Shown here one piece after another: positions 8,618 through 17,686 of a DNA stretch of 64,000 nt. The notes below the pieces were generated by a model, which worked only from the letters and a program-made list of their open reading frames with translations, was not told the origin of the DNA and ran no database searches. Origin of the DNA: Parcubacteria group bacterium (lineage in GTDB: Bacteria; Patescibacteriota; Minisyncoccia; Phycocordibacterales; Phycocordibacteraceae); contig JAQBRE010000002.1 in the NCBI GenBank assembly GCA_028286605.1, positions 60,219-124,218 of the forward strand, given 5' to 3'. The first letter of the stretch is position 1. Every line of letters begins with the position of its first letter. Both the position numbers and the translations under genes were made by a program.

Positions 8618-9692
8618 ATTCTCGTAGAGCGAGTCCGACGGCGGTGCCGTAGGCAAGCGACTCCATATAATCTACTTGCGGCAGCCAGTCGTCGCGCGAT
8701 GCAAGATTCTTAAATACGTCGCCGAGCTCGACCGGAATCTTAAGCGATGCGCCCAGATATTCCGGCAAGCCGCGTACGGTCGCATTCCCTCCTACGAGAA
8801 TCGCGCGCGTTACGGGCTCATGTGCAGGAATCTGGCCCGCACGGCTCTGCCAGTAATCAAGACGACGCACGATCTCTTCGCGGATAACGGAGACGGTCGT
8901 GAGCATCGCGGCCTGATATTCTGCACTGTCTGCTCCTGCAACGAGACCCTGCTCCGCCTTCACGCGCTTCGCTTCTTCTTCGGTAACACCGAAGTGTTTC
9001 TGTACGGCGAGTGTAAGCGCGTGGCCGCCAACCTCGATCGTGGTGGCGAAGCGCGGCAAACGATGCGATACGACAAGAAGCTTCGTGGTGGTCTTGCCGA
9101 TGTCGATGATCATAACGGTTTCCGGATCGCCGTGCGGTAGTATCGCGCGCGGTAGTGCGAACGTCTCGCTTTCGAGCGCGCGAACGATGATGCCTGCGTC
9201 TTCGAATACCTGAAGTGCTGCGTCTGCGACGCGACGCGCATAGCCTATTCCCACCACATGCACCTCATCACCTTTCTGCGTGAGCGGCGCGACGTCGAAC
9301 GCCACTTCGGCCGGCGGTAGTGGCACGTATTCATCAAGATGCTGTTCGATACTCGTGCGCCATTCGCGACGGGTCGATCCGGTTGCGTCTGCCTCGAACA
9401 GATAACCGCGCGCTTCAGGTAGCGTGATATTCGCGCGCTTCACGCCGTGGCGCTGCGCCACGTCTGCGAGCGTCTTCGCGAGCGTTACGTGATCTGCGAT
9501 CTCGCCGTTCTGGATGATGCCGGGCGCAAGCTTCTCTTCAGCGATAGTAACGACCTCAAGGCCATGCAAACGTTCTTTCAGGATTACGGTTTTGATACCG
9601 CTTGCAGAAATATCCATGCCTGCGGTGGGAAGGGCCAGGTAATCAGGAGGAGCGAACTCCACGCGTGCAAAGTTAGAGAACGGATTCGCCAT
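8607..9692 (-). CDS. pilM: Type IV pilus assembly ATPase-fold protein PilM (actin-like)
   Basis: Start set at MANPFSNFARV... (ATG 9690-9692) because the longer ORF overlaps the upstream gene. ...MIIDIGKTTTKLLVV... and overall actin/FtsA-like fold motifs. Confidence 0.8.
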   Translation of the reverse strand: MANPFSNFARVEFAPPDYLALPTAGMDISASGIKTVILKERLHGLEVVTIAEEKLAPGIIQNGEIADHVTLAKTLADVAQRHGVKRANITLPEARGYLFEADATGSTRREWRTSIEQHLDEYVPLPPAEVAFDVAPLTQKGDEVHVVGIGYARRVADAALQVFEDAGIIVRALESETFALPRAILPHGDPETVMIIDIGKTTTKLLVVSHRLPRFATTIEVGGHALTLAVQKHFGVTEEEAKRVKAEQGLVAGADSAEYQAAMLTTVSVIREEIVRRLDYWQSRAGQIPAHEPVTRAILVGGNATVRGLPEYLGASLKIPVELGDVFKNLASRDDWLPQVDYMESLAYGTAVGLALREYVS

Positions 9693-9711
9693 TACGAAAT
9701 AGTATAACGCG

Positions 9712-10461
9712 TTAGTGCGCCGCAGTTCCTGGGGGAACCACGCGATCGGGTGTAACGAAGGCGAACGTGTCCCCTTCTCCCACCGCGAAGAGCATGCCAT
9801 TCGATTCAATGCCTTTTATCTTGCGAGGTTCGAGGTTCGTAACGAAGGCAAGCTGGCGGTTGATAAGATCTTCTGGTTCATTCACGTATGCACTGATGCC
9901 TGAGACGACCTGACGCGGTCCGGCTGCTTCGCCGAAGTCCACGGTGAGTCGCAGGAGCTTGTCTGTTTCCGGAACGCGTTCAGCGGTACGCACCGTGCCT
10001 ATCTTCACTTCGATCTTCAGGAACTCATCAATGCTGATCTTCGGTTTTCCTTGCGGCTGAGGTACTTCGGGTACCTGGCGCGAGAGGAAGCCCGTGAGAA
10101 TGAGTGCAGCGGCGGAAGAGTCCACGTCAGGGCTGCCTTTCATGCGCACGCCTTCGAAATCACGGCGTGCTTCCTGCGTCGTGAACATTTCAGGTTCGAA
10201 GTGCACAGGCATGCCGCCTTCGGCGAGGTGCGCGGCTACGCCGCGCACCTCTTCCATCACTGCATTATCCTCGCCGTTGAAATCCTTCGAGTCCCCCATA
10301 ACGACGGCCTCGACTTTTTCCTTCGCGATTAGCGCTTTTAGAGAATCAAGCAAGCAACTGTCGTTCAGCATGACGCTGTGCGGAAAACCCATCGTGCCGG
10401 CTTCATCCGAAAGCGCGATACCCACCTTCTTCGTTCCATAATCGATACCCATATATTTCAT
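9712..10461 (-). CDS. Fusion of YqgF/RuvC-like pre-16S rRNA nuclease (N-terminal) with an EMAP/Myf-type tRNA-binding domain (C-terminal)
   Basis: N-terminus MKYMGIDYGTKKVGIALSDE is the YqgF signature. C-terminus IDEFLKIEVKIGTVRTAERVPETDKLLRLTVDFGE...GMLFA matches the tRNA-binding OB-fold domain found in MetRS C-termini and CsaA. Confidence 0.75.
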   Translation of the reverse strand: MKYMGIDYGTKKVGIALSDEAGTMGFPHSVMLNDSCLLDSLKALIAKEKVEAVVMGDSKDFNGEDNAVMEEVRGVAAHLAEGGMPVHFEPEMFTTQEARRDFEGVRMKGSPDVDSSAAALILTGFLSRQVPEVPQPQGKPKISIDEFLKIEVKIGTVRTAERVPETDKLLRLTVDFGEAAGPRQVVSGISAYVNEPEDLINRQLAFVTNLEPRKIKGIESNGMLFAVGEGDTFAFVTPDRVVPPGTAAH

Positions 10462-10497
10462 AGAATCATCCTACCAGACGTGATACCATGCCGACAT

Positions 10498-10788
10498 ATG
10501 AACACCATAGCTTCCAATCCGATACAGCAGCTCGCTACCCTGGCAGGCGTTTCTCTGCCCGTCATGACCGGCATTCTTGCCGCCGTCGCCATATGGACGA
10601 TCATCTGGAAAGGTCTTGGCATGTGGCGTGCCGCACGTAATCATCAGATGGTCTGGTTCCTCGTATTCCTTATCGTTAATGACATCGGCATCCTCGAGAT
10701 AATCTACCTGCTCTGGTTCAGAAGCGACAAAGACGCTATGGTAACTCGGGTCGCCACTGGTTCAGCCGTGGTGCCTGAAGCGCAGTAG
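10498..10788 (+). CDS. Small membrane protein (two TM segments)
   Basis: Start moved to ATG 10498 (MNTIASNPIQQ...) because the track ORF start overlaps the yqgF-like gene. Hydrophobic segments LPVMTGILAAVAIWTIIW and MVWFLVFLIVNDIGILEIIYLLWF. Confidence 0.5.
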   Translation: MNTIASNPIQQLATLAGVSLPVMTGILAAVAIWTIIWKGLGMWRAARNHQMVWFLVFLIVNDIGILEIIYLLWFRSDKDAMVTRVATGSAVVPEAQ

Positions 10789-10800
10789 CAAAAAATAATT

Positions 10801-10887
10801 GGAGGGGTGGCAGAGTGGTCTATTGCACCTGTCTTGAAAACAGGAGTCTCTTTACGGGGACCGCGAGTTCGAATCTCGCCCCCTCCG
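10801..10887 (+). tRNA. tRNA-Ser (TGA), long variable arm
   Basis: GGAGGGGTGGCAGAGTGG... anticodon loop CTTGAAA, long variable arm, T-arm GCGAGTTCGAATCTCGC. Confidence 0.85.
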
Positions 10888-10944
10888 CATCTGAATGTGT
10901 TAACGTGCGCGCTCGAAGAGTGCGCACGATGCTATCATTACGTC

Positions 10945-11418
10945 ATGAATCGCACGCCTCTTTATGAGTGGTACGGGACGGAATATGTTTTTGAAGAGAA
11001 AGGCGCCGACTGGTACTGGGCACTCGGCATCATCGCGCTCGCAGCCGTCGTTGCCTGCGTGCTTTTCAATAACCTTCTGCTCGGGCTCGTGATACTTGCT
11101 GCAGCAGGCACCCTTGCGCTCATGGCAGCGAAGCATCCGCGCACGCACCACTTCATGATCTTCGACACGGGCGTAGGTATTGATAACAACTTGTACCTGT
11201 ATCAAGACATGGTGGACTTCTCAGTCCTTGAATATTTAGACGAAACGCTGCCTCCTGCCCTTTCCATAAAGACGAGCCGCATCATGGCGCCGCACATCCT
11301 GATTCCTATCGTCGATCATGATCCGGTAGAAATATACGAATACATTTCGCTGCACCTTCCCGAGGGCATGCACGAAAACTCACTGATGGACCATTTCATC
11401 TCGCTTCTGAAGATTTGA
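10945..11418 (+). CDS. Hypothetical membrane protein
   Basis: Start moved to ATG 10945 (MNRTPLYEW...) because the track ORF begins inside tRNA-Ser. Two TM segments. Confidence 0.55.
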   Translation: MNRTPLYEWYGTEYVFEEKGADWYWALGIIALAAVVACVLFNNLLLGLVILAAAGTLALMAAKHPRTHHFMIFDTGVGIDNNLYLYQDMVDFSVLEYLDETLPPALSIKTSRIMAPHILIPIVDHDPVEIYEYISLHLPEGMHENSLMDHFISLLKI

Positions 11419-11472
11419 TTTGCAAATAGGCCGCGTAAACGATACAGTCAACTTCGTGCGGGGTGCTTAACT

Positions 11473-11547
11473 GCTCCCGTCGTTCAATGGATAGGACGTA
11501 TCCTTGCGGAGGATATGATGTAGGTTCGATTCCTACCGGGAGCACCA
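11473..11547 (+). tRNA. tRNA-Arg (GCG), CCA encoded
   Basis: GCTCCCG...anticodon stem TATCC/GGATA with loop TTGCGGA, T-arm GTAGGTTCGATTCCTAC, acceptor CGGGAGC-A-CCA. Confidence 0.7.
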
Positions 11548-11552
11548 GTAGC

Positions 11553-11584
11553 AAAAAGCCGCCGATTTCATCGGCGGCTTTTTG
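11553..11584. terminator. Bidirectional rho-independent terminator
   Basis: aaaaAGCCGCCGAtttcaTCGGCGGCTtttt. Confidence 0.65.
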
Positions 11585-11596
11585 CGTTCGTTCTAA

Positions 11597-12166
11597 TTAC
11601 TTCGCTGCGATCGAGTTAATGAACGTGTCGGTGATAGTCGTATCGCTCGTCGTACTCTTCAAGAGGAAGTTGTAGGTGCCATCGCTTTCCTTGATAGAAA
11701 AGAGCTGATAATACGCGAATTGTGCAGATGGCTTCGTGTATGTTTTCACTTCAACGCTTTGTCCTGCGATGGTGCGCGTTCCGGTCGTGTACGTAAGATC
11801 GTTAGAAAGCCCGATCGCTTCATTCTTACTGACGAAGATTACGAGCGAGCCATTCGAGATCTGCATCTGATGCAGCTGATTGTTCGCGTCAAGGATTTCG
11901 TTCACATTCCACTCGGGACGGAGATGAAATGAAACCTTCCAGTTCTTGTCTGCGAAGATACCGCTCGAAGAGACTGAGCTGTTGGTGAGAACGCCACTTG
12001 GAATAAGGCCGGCGGAAGTGCTGCTGCCAATACTAAGAAGTGGCGATGTCACGGATGCAGGAGTGATGGGCGCATGCAATAGACCTAGCGTTATGGCTAG
12101 CGATGTAAGGGCCGCTGCGAGCTTTGAAAGTATGGTTGAAAGTATCGTCATGGGGACAGTATACAA
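11597..12166 (-). CDS. Hypothetical secreted protein (signal peptide)
   Basis: N-terminal hydrophobic signal MTILSTILSKLAAALTSLAITLGLLHA followed by a Ser/Thr-rich mature region. Confidence 0.55.
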   Translation of the reverse strand: MYTVPMTILSTILSKLAAALTSLAITLGLLHAPITPASVTSPLLSIGSSTSAGLIPSGVLTNSSVSSSGIFADKNWKVSFHLRPEWNVNEILDANNQLHQMQISNGSLVIFVSKNEAIGLSNDLTYTTGTRTIAGQSVEVKTYTKPSAQFAYYQLFSIKESDGTYNFLLKSTTSDTTITDTFINSIAAK

Positions 12167-12295
12167 TAGTGGACGATTTTAGGCCCTTGACCTTACCAGC
12201 CCCGTATACGCACCTCCCTTCTTTTACCGCGGTGCGGCAGGTACATACTTATAGGTACAGCGTGCATCACTAACCGTCGCGCTGTACATATTCTC

Positions 12296-12523
12296 ATGAA
12301 GATACTTCACGTGATTGCATTCTTGTTAGTCATCGTAGGTGCTCTTAACTGGGGTCTCATCGGCCTCGGCGGATTCATGGGCTCAGACTGGAACGTGGTG
12401 CACATGATCCTTGGCAGCGTGCCAGTCGTTGAATGGATCGTCTACGTATTGGTAGGCCTTTCAGGCATCTGGCTTCTTATCACGCACAAGAAGACGTGCA
12501 TGATGTGTGGCAACCGTTCTTAA
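12296..12523 (+). CDS. DUF378-family small membrane protein
   Basis: MKILHVIAFLLVIVGALNWGLIGLGGF... reproduces the conserved IGALNWGL(I/V)G motif of DUF378. Confidence 0.8.
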   Translation: MKILHVIAFLLVIVGALNWGLIGLGGFMGSDWNVVHMILGSVPVVEWIVYVLVGLSGIWLLITHKKTCMMCGNRS

Positions 12524-12542
12524 GGTATTGGTTCTAAAAGAG

Positions 12543-12576
12543 AAAAGGCCCGAGCTTCGCTCGGGCCTTTTCTCTT
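12543..12576. terminator. Bidirectional terminator between the DUF378 gene and rpsT
   Basis: aaaaGGCCCGAGcttcgCTCGGGCCtttt. Confidence 0.65.
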
Positions 12577-12582
12577 TCCTGC

Positions 12583-12855
12583 TTACGCAGCTACCGCTTT
12601 CGAACGCTTGAGGGCAAGCGCGAGACGGGACTTCTTGCGAGATGCCGTGTTCTTCTTGATGATGCCGCGCTTCGCTGCCTTATCGATAGCCTGATAGGCC
12701 AGTGAAAGCGTCGATGCAGTATCTGCAGCGTTCAACGCAATCTGCTTGCGAGTCTCCTTCGTGGTGGTGGTGAGGACACGCTTGCGACGCACGTTGAATA
12801 CGTGCTTCTTAAGGGATGCGCGATGCGCCTTCTTTGCATTTGCGGTAATTGCCAT
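12583..12855 (-). CDS. rpsT: 30S ribosomal protein S20
   Basis: MAITANAKKAHRASLKKHVFNVRRK... basic, ~90 aa, typical S20 N-terminus. Confidence 0.9.
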   Translation of the reverse strand: MAITANAKKAHRASLKKHVFNVRRKRVLTTTTKETRKQIALNAADTASTLSLAYQAIDKAAKRGIIKKNTASRKKSRLALALKRSKAVAA

Positions 12856-12909
12856 GTGAGGATGATACTACGCTATTACTCCCCCGCGCGCAAATGGTAC
12901 GATACATGC

Positions 12910-13464
12910 ATGATTCGGGAGCTTAGTGGCACCATTATAGGAAGCGAGCCAGGCGGCGTCATCGTTGATGTCGCCGGATTCGGCATATTCGTGCACCTTT
13001 CATCGGCTGCAATGCCTATCGCCGGTGAGAAAGTGAGCCTTAAGACCTATATGGCCTTCCGCCAGGACGGCGTTGAGCTCTATGGCTTCACGAGCGAGGA
13101 AGATAGGCACTTCTTCGAGCAGCTCCTTACGGTTTCGGGAGTCGGACCAAAGACCGCCCTTTCCATATTCTCGCGCGCCTCGCGCGAGTCCCTTGAAACC
13201 GCCATCGCGACCCGCGACATTTCCTACCTAACGCGTGTCGTCGGCATGGGAAAGAAAGCGGCAGAAAAAATGGTCGTGGAGCTTTCGGAGAAAGTCACGG
13301 TCACCGGCGAGAAGCATGACGGCGATGATGCAGAAGTTTTCGACACCCTTGTAGCGCTCGGATACACGGACCGCGAAGCGCGCACTGCCCTTTCCGACAT
13401 CCCGATGCATGTGACCGGCCGTGACGCGCGGCTGAAAGCCGCACTCGCTGGCAAGCAGCGCTAG
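12910..13464 (+). CDS. ruvA: Holliday junction DNA helicase RuvA
   Basis: Start moved to MIRELSGTIIG... (ATG 12910). ...FGIFVHLS...LYGFTSEEDRHFFEQLLTVSGVGPKTAL... is the RuvA HhH signature. Confidence 0.85.
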   Translation: MIRELSGTIIGSEPGGVIVDVAGFGIFVHLSSAAMPIAGEKVSLKTYMAFRQDGVELYGFTSEEDRHFFEQLLTVSGVGPKTALSIFSRASRESLETAIATRDISYLTRVVGMGKKAAEKMVVELSEKVTVTGEKHDGDDAEVFDTLVALGYTDREARTALSDIPMHVTGRDARLKAALAGKQR

Positions 13465-13476
13465 CAAAAGAATCAT

Positions 13477-14766
13477 ATGAGCGCACTCAAACGATTCATC
13501 GAGAACCTGCTTCCCCGTTCGCTTTATCGCGCACTGCTCGCGCCATATCACGCAGCATGGGCATTCGGCAGTGCTGTTCGCTACGGCTTCCCTGCAAAGA
13601 AACTCATCGTCATCGGCGTTACCGGCACGAAAGGAAAATCATCCGTAACGGAAATGATCACGGCGATTCTCGAAGAGGCCGGTCACGTAGTGGCCGTATC
13701 GAGTACGATTCATTTCAAGACCGGTAAGACAACTCGCCCGAACAAATTCAAGATGACACTTCCGGGTCGCGGTTTCATACAGAAACTCCTTGCGGAAAGC
13801 GTGCACGACGGCGCGACCCACGCGGTGATCGAGCTTACGAGCGAGTCTGCACTGCAGTATCGTCATCTATTCCTTTCATTGAACGCGCTCGTCTTCACGA
13901 ACCTGGAGAAAGAACACATCGAATCGCACGGCGGCATGGAGCAGTATTTTCAGGCGAAGTTCCGTCTTGGTCGTTCGCTCGCACGATCGATCAAGCGACC
14001 GCGCGCTATTATCGCGAACGAAGAGAGCGAATATGGGAAGCGATTCTTATCGCTTCCCGTCGAGCGTGCAATCCCCTTCTCGCTTAGCGATGCGCAGAAC
14101 CTGGACCTCGCCGACAGCCAGACTAGTTTCGATTATGACTCGACGCGCATCACTCTTCCCCATCCGGGCGCTTTCAGCGCCCGCAACGCGCTCGCCAGCA
14201 TAAAGACTGCTGCGTTCTTCGGCGTGCCCGTTCCGGTAAGCGCGAAGGCGCTCGCAAAACTCAGTACTATTTCGGGCCGCGCAGAACGTATCGATGCTGG
14301 TCAGGATTTCCTTGCCGTCGTTGATTACGCGCATACGCCAGACTCCCTCATTGCGCTCTACGAGGCGTATCCGGAGCGACGCAAAGTGTGCGTGCTCGGC
14401 AATACGGGCGGGGGCCGTGACACGTGGAAGCGTCCTGAGATGGGTCGTATCGCTGACGAATATTGTGACGAAGTCATTCTTACCAACGAAGATCCGTATG
14501 ACGAAGACCCGCAGGAAATCATGAACGCCATGGCAGCCGGCATGAAACGCGAACCGACGATCATTATGGACAGGCGCGAAGCGATACATGAAGCGCTCAG
14601 CCGCGCGAAGACCAGTGACGTCGTCCTCATCACTGGTAAAGGAACTGACCCGTACATCATGGAAGCGAACGGAAAGAAAACCGTATGGAGCGATGCGCAG
14701 GTCGTCGCTGAAGAACTCGAAAAGCTTGGCACGAAGGCTGCGGGCCCTGCTATCATAGGCACATGA
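13477..14766 (+). CDS. Mur ligase family protein (MurE-like; short N-terminal region)
   Basis: GVTGTKGKSS P-loop, DYAHTPDSL motif and a C-terminal Mur ligase domain. At 429 aa it is shorter than a canonical MurE. Confidence 0.65.
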   Translation: MSALKRFIENLLPRSLYRALLAPYHAAWAFGSAVRYGFPAKKLIVIGVTGTKGKSSVTEMITAILEEAGHVVAVSSTIHFKTGKTTRPNKFKMTLPGRGFIQKLLAESVHDGATHAVIELTSESALQYRHLFLSLNALVFTNLEKEHIESHGGMEQYFQAKFRLGRSLARSIKRPRAIIANEESEYGKRFLSLPVERAIPFSLSDAQNLDLADSQTSFDYDSTRITLPHPGAFSARNALASIKTAAFFGVPVPVSAKALAKLSTISGRAERIDAGQDFLAVVDYAHTPDSLIALYEAYPERRKVCVLGNTGGGRDTWKRPEMGRIADEYCDEVILTNEDPYDEDPQEIMNAMAAGMKREPTIIMDRREAIHEALSRAKTSDVVLITGKGTDPYIMEANGKKTVWSDAQVVAEELEKLGTKAAGPAIIGT

Positions 14767-15734
14767 GCGACGGCGCATTCATCCTCGCAGTATTCTTTTT
14801 CTTCTTCGCGGCATGGCTCGCTAGCGGCGGCCCCACGAAGCCGATATCTTTTGCCGGCCCGTATATAACGCCGATTACGTCCGTGGGAACGATACAGACC
14901 GGCTATGGCAGCACCGGCGGAACATCAGGCGGCGGCACGAGCATAAGCGCAGCGCGGTCTACCCTTTCCAATATTCAGAATTCGCTCGGCGGCCTTAACA
15001 AGCAGGTGCAGGACGCGAAACTCTTCGGCACCCCGTCTCCGTACAAAGGCGATGTCACCATCAGTTGGGGCAACAGCCTCGGCGCGTCTGATCCGAAACA
15101 GGAATACATAACGATACGTGCTGCAAGCAATGCTCCGCAGAATCTCAACATCACCGGCTGGAAGCTCGTCGCCGTTTCCAACGATCATGTAGCAACCATT
15201 CCGCAAGGACAGGAAATATATTCACCAAGCTCAACGGCGACGGCGCCGATCATCCTGCATCCGAATGACACCGCCATCATAAATTCCGGCGTGTCGCCGG
15301 TCTACGAGTCCTTCAAAGAAAATGAGTGCATGGGCTACTACACGAAGAACGATCAGTTCAACCCTGGTCTCTCACAGACCTGTCCGAGTCCTATCAATGA
15401 TTTCAACGCGCACTACACCGGTAATGTCTTCAAGGATGGTGGCTGCCAGCAGCTCATACAGAATACGTATTCCTGCAACATACCTGATACGAATAGCGTT
15501 TCTTCCGACTGCAACATCTTTATCGAAAATTATCTTAACTATCCGAGCTGCATCGTGAACCATCAAGCCGATGAGCAGTTCTCCGGAAATGAGTGGCGCA
15601 TCTACTTGAACCGCGATGTTATTAAAGTTCACAATACTGACACACGCTACTACGGCCCGCTCTGGCAACAGTCGCATGATGCGATAAAGCTAGAGGATCA
15701 GAGCGGGCTGACGGTAGACTTGTACGAGTATTAG
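14763..15734 (+). CDS. Hypothetical secreted protein with N-terminal anchor and Cys-rich C-terminal half
   Basis: FILAVFFFFFAAWLA hydrophobic N-terminus. Multiple Cys in the last 120 aa. Confidence 0.5.
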   Translation: MSDGAFILAVFFFFFAAWLASGGPTKPISFAGPYITPITSVGTIQTGYGSTGGTSGGGTSISAARSTLSNIQNSLGGLNKQVQDAKLFGTPSPYKGDVTISWGNSLGASDPKQEYITIRAASNAPQNLNITGWKLVAVSNDHVATIPQGQEIYSPSSTATAPIILHPNDTAIINSGVSPVYESFKENECMGYYTKNDQFNPGLSQTCPSPINDFNAHYTGNVFKDGGCQQLIQNTYSCNIPDTNSVSSDCNIFIENYLNYPSCIVNHQADEQFSGNEWRIYLNRDVIKVHNTDTRYYGPLWQQSHDAIKLEDQSGLTVDLYEY

Positions 15735-15801
15735 TAGACCGCGTTCCGTATTACAGGTATAAAGATACACGTGCGCGGCCTACGGCCGCACACTCCACAA
15801 A

Positions 15802-15877
15802 CCGCCCATAGCTCAGTTGGTAGAGCAGCTCCCTTTTAAGGAGACGGTCCTTGGTTCAAATCCAAGTGGGCGGACCA
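15802..15877 (+). tRNA. tRNA-Lys (TTT), CCA encoded
   Basis: CCGCCCATAGCTCAGTTGGTAGAGC... anticodon loop CTTTTAA, T-arm CTTGGTTCAAATCCAAG, 3' ACCA. Preceded by hairpin GTGCGCGGCCtacGGCCGCACAC. Confidence 0.8.
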
Positions 15878-15982
15878 CCAGAAGTTCGATCCCTCGTCTG
15901 CCAGCATTGTAGTCATCAGTTTACTTTCTTGACAAAAAATTAGTAATCAGTATTTTGAAGTAAGACAACATTGAGGTGAAAC

Positions 15983-16693
15983 ATGCAATTCAGTGACGTG
16001 ATGCGCGTTATCGGCACGCATTTATCTGTTCCAGAAGTAACGCTCAAAAAAGAGGACCGAACCATTATTCTCATTGGAATGATGCACACCGCGCCTGTCA
16101 GCTTCTTTACGACTATCAGAGAGCGTCTACTAACGCTTGAGGAAAATGGTTTTCAGGTTCTATACGAGGCCATCGATCCCTCGTGGCCAGAACCTGTTAC
16201 TGATGAGCAACGAATGCTGCATGAACATGCATATGAACAGATCAAGGCATGGAAGAACCGTCTACTTGGAATCGGATTTGCATATCAATTAGATGAAATC
16301 CCAATTCTTGATTCGTGGTACTCTGCTGATTTTTCTTTAGAGGACTGGACTCGCGAGAATCCTACAAGAGGCCCAACACAAGAATCAGTGGATCGGTTTG
16401 AACGTCAACCCCTTGATGCAAATAACTTCATTAAGGATTTGATAGATACTGCTACTCAACTAGAATCCAAGAAATTTTCTTCATCTCATCTAGAAAAGTT
16501 TGTAACTAGGCGAGATAAGCATGCCAGTAAAATAATCCTCGGTTACGCAGAAAATAAGAACGTGGTTACATTCTGGGGTAGTGCGCATCTTCCCGGAATA
16601 GAATTTCTTCTCGCGGAAGCCGGGTATAAAGCTTTCCACTTAGATTGGATACCGGTATTAGACGTGACGACTTACAAGGCTGAAAGAGAGTAA
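15983..16693 (+). CDS. Hypothetical protein (AT-richer gene next to tRNA-Lys)
   Basis: 236-aa ORF with no recognisable motif. Local composition is lower in GC than the neighbours. Confidence 0.5.
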   Translation: MQFSDVMRVIGTHLSVPEVTLKKEDRTIILIGMMHTAPVSFFTTIRERLLTLEENGFQVLYEAIDPSWPEPVTDEQRMLHEHAYEQIKAWKNRLLGIGFAYQLDEIPILDSWYSADFSLEDWTRENPTRGPTQESVDRFERQPLDANNFIKDLIDTATQLESKKFSSSHLEKFVTRRDKHASKIILGYAENKNVVTFWGSAHLPGIEFLLAEAGYKAFHLDWIPVLDVTTYKAERE

Positions 16694-16751
16694 TCTCGAG
16701 TAAGCCTTTTATTTTGAATAAAAGTTCCAACATCGTCCCAGACTGCCAGCA

Positions 16752-17402
16752 CTACAACGAGAGCGCGAAGCGCTCGAGTGCGCGGTCTAACGGAAGATCA
16801 CCGGAACGAGAATCGGAAAGAAGCTCGATAAGTGAACGTGAAAGTATGCGTGCTTGGTTTCCAGGCCAGCTGCGGCTTCCCTTCTGCATGAGGTCTCGCG
16901 CTTTCCAGTGAAGAAGGCCGTGAATCATTTCTGATGCGTCGCCTTGGCGACGCGCCTTCTCGATTTCCTGCCAGAGCTTCGGTCCATTCTTTTCACCGAG
17001 CGCGTTCACTAAGCCGCTATTGAATCCGCGTGCTGGTTTCTTATCGAGCGCGTTCACTTCGTACACCTTTTCTGCGTGCGCTTCGATCTTCTTCACGCGT
17101 GCGGCAAGGAGTTTTGGCGCGAGTATCACGACGGCATTCGGCGATGTCGCGAGCGCAGCGAGCGACTCGAGCAATGCTTCACCTGCTTCCGTATTAGAAA
17201 ATGGATCATCAACGAGCACGAGCGTCTTCGAAAAGAAAAGACCCTGTGCCATGAGTGCTTCTTGCAGCGCTTCGGTTGAAATAGACTCAGCATCAAGACG
17301 TGTGTAATACGCGTCCGGCGCTTTCGTGCGCGCGGCCGTTACCCATTGAAAAGCTTTTGCGCGCACCTTATTCGTATCCGAGCCATGGAAGAGATAAATC
17401 AC
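16752..17402 (-). CDS. holA: DNA polymerase III delta subunit-like (short HolA)
   Basis: MIYLFHGSDTNKVRAKAFQWV... with the typical delta N-terminus and helical C-terminus. 216 aa. Confidence 0.6.
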   Translation of the reverse strand: MIYLFHGSDTNKVRAKAFQWVTAARTKAPDAYYTRLDAESISTEALQEALMAQGLFFSKTLVLVDDPFSNTEAGEALLESLAALATSPNAVVILAPKLLAARVKKIEAHAEKVYEVNALDKKPARGFNSGLVNALGEKNGPKLWQEIEKARRQGDASEMIHGLLHWKARDLMQKGSRSWPGNQARILSRSLIELLSDSRSGDLPLDRALERFALSL

Positions 17403-17476
17403 TTTCCCATTGTATATCGGATAGAACGAAGGCGCTTCGGTTAGGAAGCGCCTTCAAGTTTGAAAAGGCATATAGC

Positions 17477-17623
17477 TTAGTTTCCCCTGAACTTCAGAAC
17501 GAGACCGACGACCCCGATGGCGATGAATATCCATATCGCTACGGAAAAACCGAGAGCGGCGAAAAGGCCCTTGTGATTCTTACCTCCCAGGGAGGATTCT
17601 TGATCTTGCTCGACTACGGTCAT
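17477..17623 (-). CDS. Possible 48-aa single-TM peptide (below the ORF-track cutoff)
   Basis: Reverse-strand ATG 17621-17623 to TAA 17477-17479 encodes MTVVEQDQESSLGGKNHKGLFAALGFSVAIWIFIAIGVVGLVLKFRGN. Confidence 0.3.
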   Translation of the reverse strand: MTVVEQDQESSLGGKNHKGLFAALGFSVAIWIFIAIGVVGLVLKFRGN

Positions 17624-17686
17624 GTGTACTACCCCTGACTAAAACGCTGCACCCATTAGCAATGATACTCCTACCTTGTATCCATC

